A stretch of 64,000 nt of DNA from Chrysomallon squamiferum. Lineage: Eukaryota; Animalia; Mollusca. The stretch covers positions 23,250,001 to 23,314,000 of the forward strand of contig CM022679.1 in NCBI GenBank assembly GCA_012295275.1. The letters are read 5' to 3'. The position numbers and the translations under genes are program-made. Of this stretch, positions 61,559 to 64,000 are shown piece after piece; positions within the stretch are counted from its first letter, which is position 1, and each line of letters starts with the position of its first letter. Under the pieces are notes generated by a model. That model ran no database searches and was not told the origin of the DNA. It worked only from the letters and a program-made list of their open reading frames with translations.

Positions 61559-64000
61559 ACGCACACAGAGGGTTGTTGGGAACGAATCCTGTCATGGACC
61601 ACACCCTTTTTCTTCGTCGTTGTCGTCGTCATCATCATCAGTGTTATTGATGCTGTTGTTGTTGTTGTTGTTGTTGCGGTAGAACAACTTCAGAAATAAC
61701 TCAGTTCGTTATAAAAACTAATCCATCAGCACAATGTGTTATCCCTTTCTCAAGTATTGGATCTCCTCCTGATGTGGCGTCTTTGCTAAACAGCATTTGT
61801 GTAAACAGAACTCGGTTCTCAACAAAGAGAAATCTAATCTTTCTATCATTCAAGAATCTCTCTCTTCCTCGCATGACAAACGTGCTTAAAGCTGAATTAC
61901 TGACATGTTCGGGTGAACTGTGTGAAAAACATTCTGTCTGAGGTTTGAAAAAACAAAAACAAAAAAACTTCATCATCAGCTAATTGACGTATTATCAACA
62001 AGAAAGTGTTCGTGTCAATTCGGAAAGACACGATAAGCAACGAACCTGATCGATATTAACCGAATCAACAAACAGCCGTCTGGTCTGAAGGGAACGTCTG
62101 TAACTAATCAAGTTAACATTTCGAGAGCTCGGCGTTTAAGTGACATAATGTACTTAACAGTATACATATTTGTTGTGTTTCGAAATACTTGCTTGTGTAA
62201 AATATAACACGTCTGTATATTTCCATACTTGGAATAGAGAAAATAAGGTCCAGTTAATTGGCCAGAGAGAATAACGTTTCAAACTTCTTAATTAAATAGT
62301 TCTTATCTTTCCCTAATTTAATGTAATGAAAGAAAACCGATAAGCTGGTCAAGTGAGATAACCCTATTGTATAATGATGCCTGTCATTCAAAGTAGTTAT
62401 CTCCCGTGATTAATTCTTCGTAAACGCAATAAATCGATTTATTTTATCGACATATGCCTAATTTCCTATAAAAATTACGTGCCGGTGCATCAAAGGAGAA
62501 ACGAATAGCGAAAAAAGTGAACATTATTTTTATTATAATCTTCAGGCGCTTTTTATTTACTATTTTTAAGATGAGATAATAATGCAGTCTTTGCGAGAGT
62601 CTGTTTTGTATGTGAGAGTGTTTGGAAGTCTGTTCGAACTTAATTACAGTTATAACTACTTTTAACATATAATCCACTAATTAAATCGTACATCAGAGTC
62701 TTTGATAAATAGGAAATACAGTCAAAATATTATTAGATCTAGCTGTTTTATAATACCTCAGTTTGGGAGTGCTACCGGTCCTAAAATATACCTCGAATGA
62801 TGCCCAAACTATTTCTGTCATTATACGTCTGGATACTACCACAACAACAACAACAATAACAACAACAATAAAAATAATAATAATAATAATAACAGTTATA
62901 ATAATAAATATATAAATAAAAAATATGTGTATGTGTGTGTATGTATAGATAGATAGCTAGATAGATAGACAGATAGACAGACAGACTGAGATATAGAAAG
63001 ACAGATAGAGATATATTAGTAAATGGGTTATGTAATGGGCCGCAGACAATGCAATACATTCGAGTATCGTGTATTTGGCTGAAGAATCAATTCCAGTTTA
63101 TTCCACGATTTATTTGTATAAATTAGTGATACAGTCTTTCCTGTCTGCGGAAAGGCGCATACAAAAGATAACTTGCTGCTAATGCCCGTCTGATTACATT
63201 ATGACGAGAATTCCATACATGCGTTTCATGCTTAACGACAATGGAAATTAAATGTGTCGATATAATACATAAGAATTACATTCGATTTACATATTATAGC
63301 AATATTATAACATATTTACAACTGAATAGCATTGAATCGAATATTAGAAGTGTACTGAATCGAATATTCCAACAAAAAAAAATTAAATTTTACAAATTAA
63401 AATTAAAAAGATTAAATAAAAATGTGCTTAAATTGGTTATCGGTGCAGAGTACACAAGCACCAGAAAACACAACATTACCTTAAACACAAATGTACGTCA
63501 TGCCGCCCACCACGGAATGAGGTAACAAACTGGCGGGAAGCTGACCATATAACCTAATGCATCTATCCGCATTCTGGGAAGATTACAGTGTTGTATTGTT
63601 ATGACATAGTTCCACATACTGCGTAAGCCTGTTAAGTATTATGTGGTTACTCCCATGTCATTTTGTATATAAACTAGATGATTTTAATTCAGTTTCATTA
63701 ATTTGTGATTACTTGAAAGAAAAGGGAAAGAAAAACAGAATTTGAAAAATGAAATACTCCTGCATTATTTGTATAGTTGTTGGTAAAATTTATTTTAGTT
63801 TATTTTATGACGTAATGTAATTTTTATTACATCTGTAGAGATCTTGCAGTAGTCTTCATTTCACTTGCTTGTATTCTTCTTCTTCTTTTTCTTCTTCTTC
63901 TTCTTCTTCTTCTTCTTATTATTATTATTATTATTATTGTTATTATTATTATTTTGATTTTGATTTATAATTAGTTTTCTCTTATCTTAATTTTGGTTAG

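Overview
This is AT-rich, microsatellite-dense, intron-containing animal DNA (invertebrate; mollusc-like is my inference only). There are no prokaryotic features. The left part (6083-23041, +) holds a complete spliced Na+/Ca2+ exchanger gene (SLC8/NCX family). It has 11 coding exons including a putative 18-nt microexon and encodes about 813 aa. The right part (about 23.6-60.6 kb, +) holds a cluster of eight small, TATA-driven, spliced genes or pseudogenes for secreted histidine-rich peptides, which the ORF track largely misses. Three tandem ~10.5-kb units each carry an A gene (signal peptide plus an almost pure His/Gly polymer) and a B gene (signal peptide plus a 30-aa His-rich peptide). The B mature region is hypervariable between copies, while its signal peptide is identical and its intron near-identical. 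After the array come a decayed gene C and a His/Gly/Asp/Gln-rich gene D. B and C look like chimeras in which a D-type promoter and first exon are fused onto an A-type gene. The unit junctions contain a fragment copied from an NCX intron. All gene models were built by eye from splice signals and reading-frame continuity; no expression or database evidence was available.
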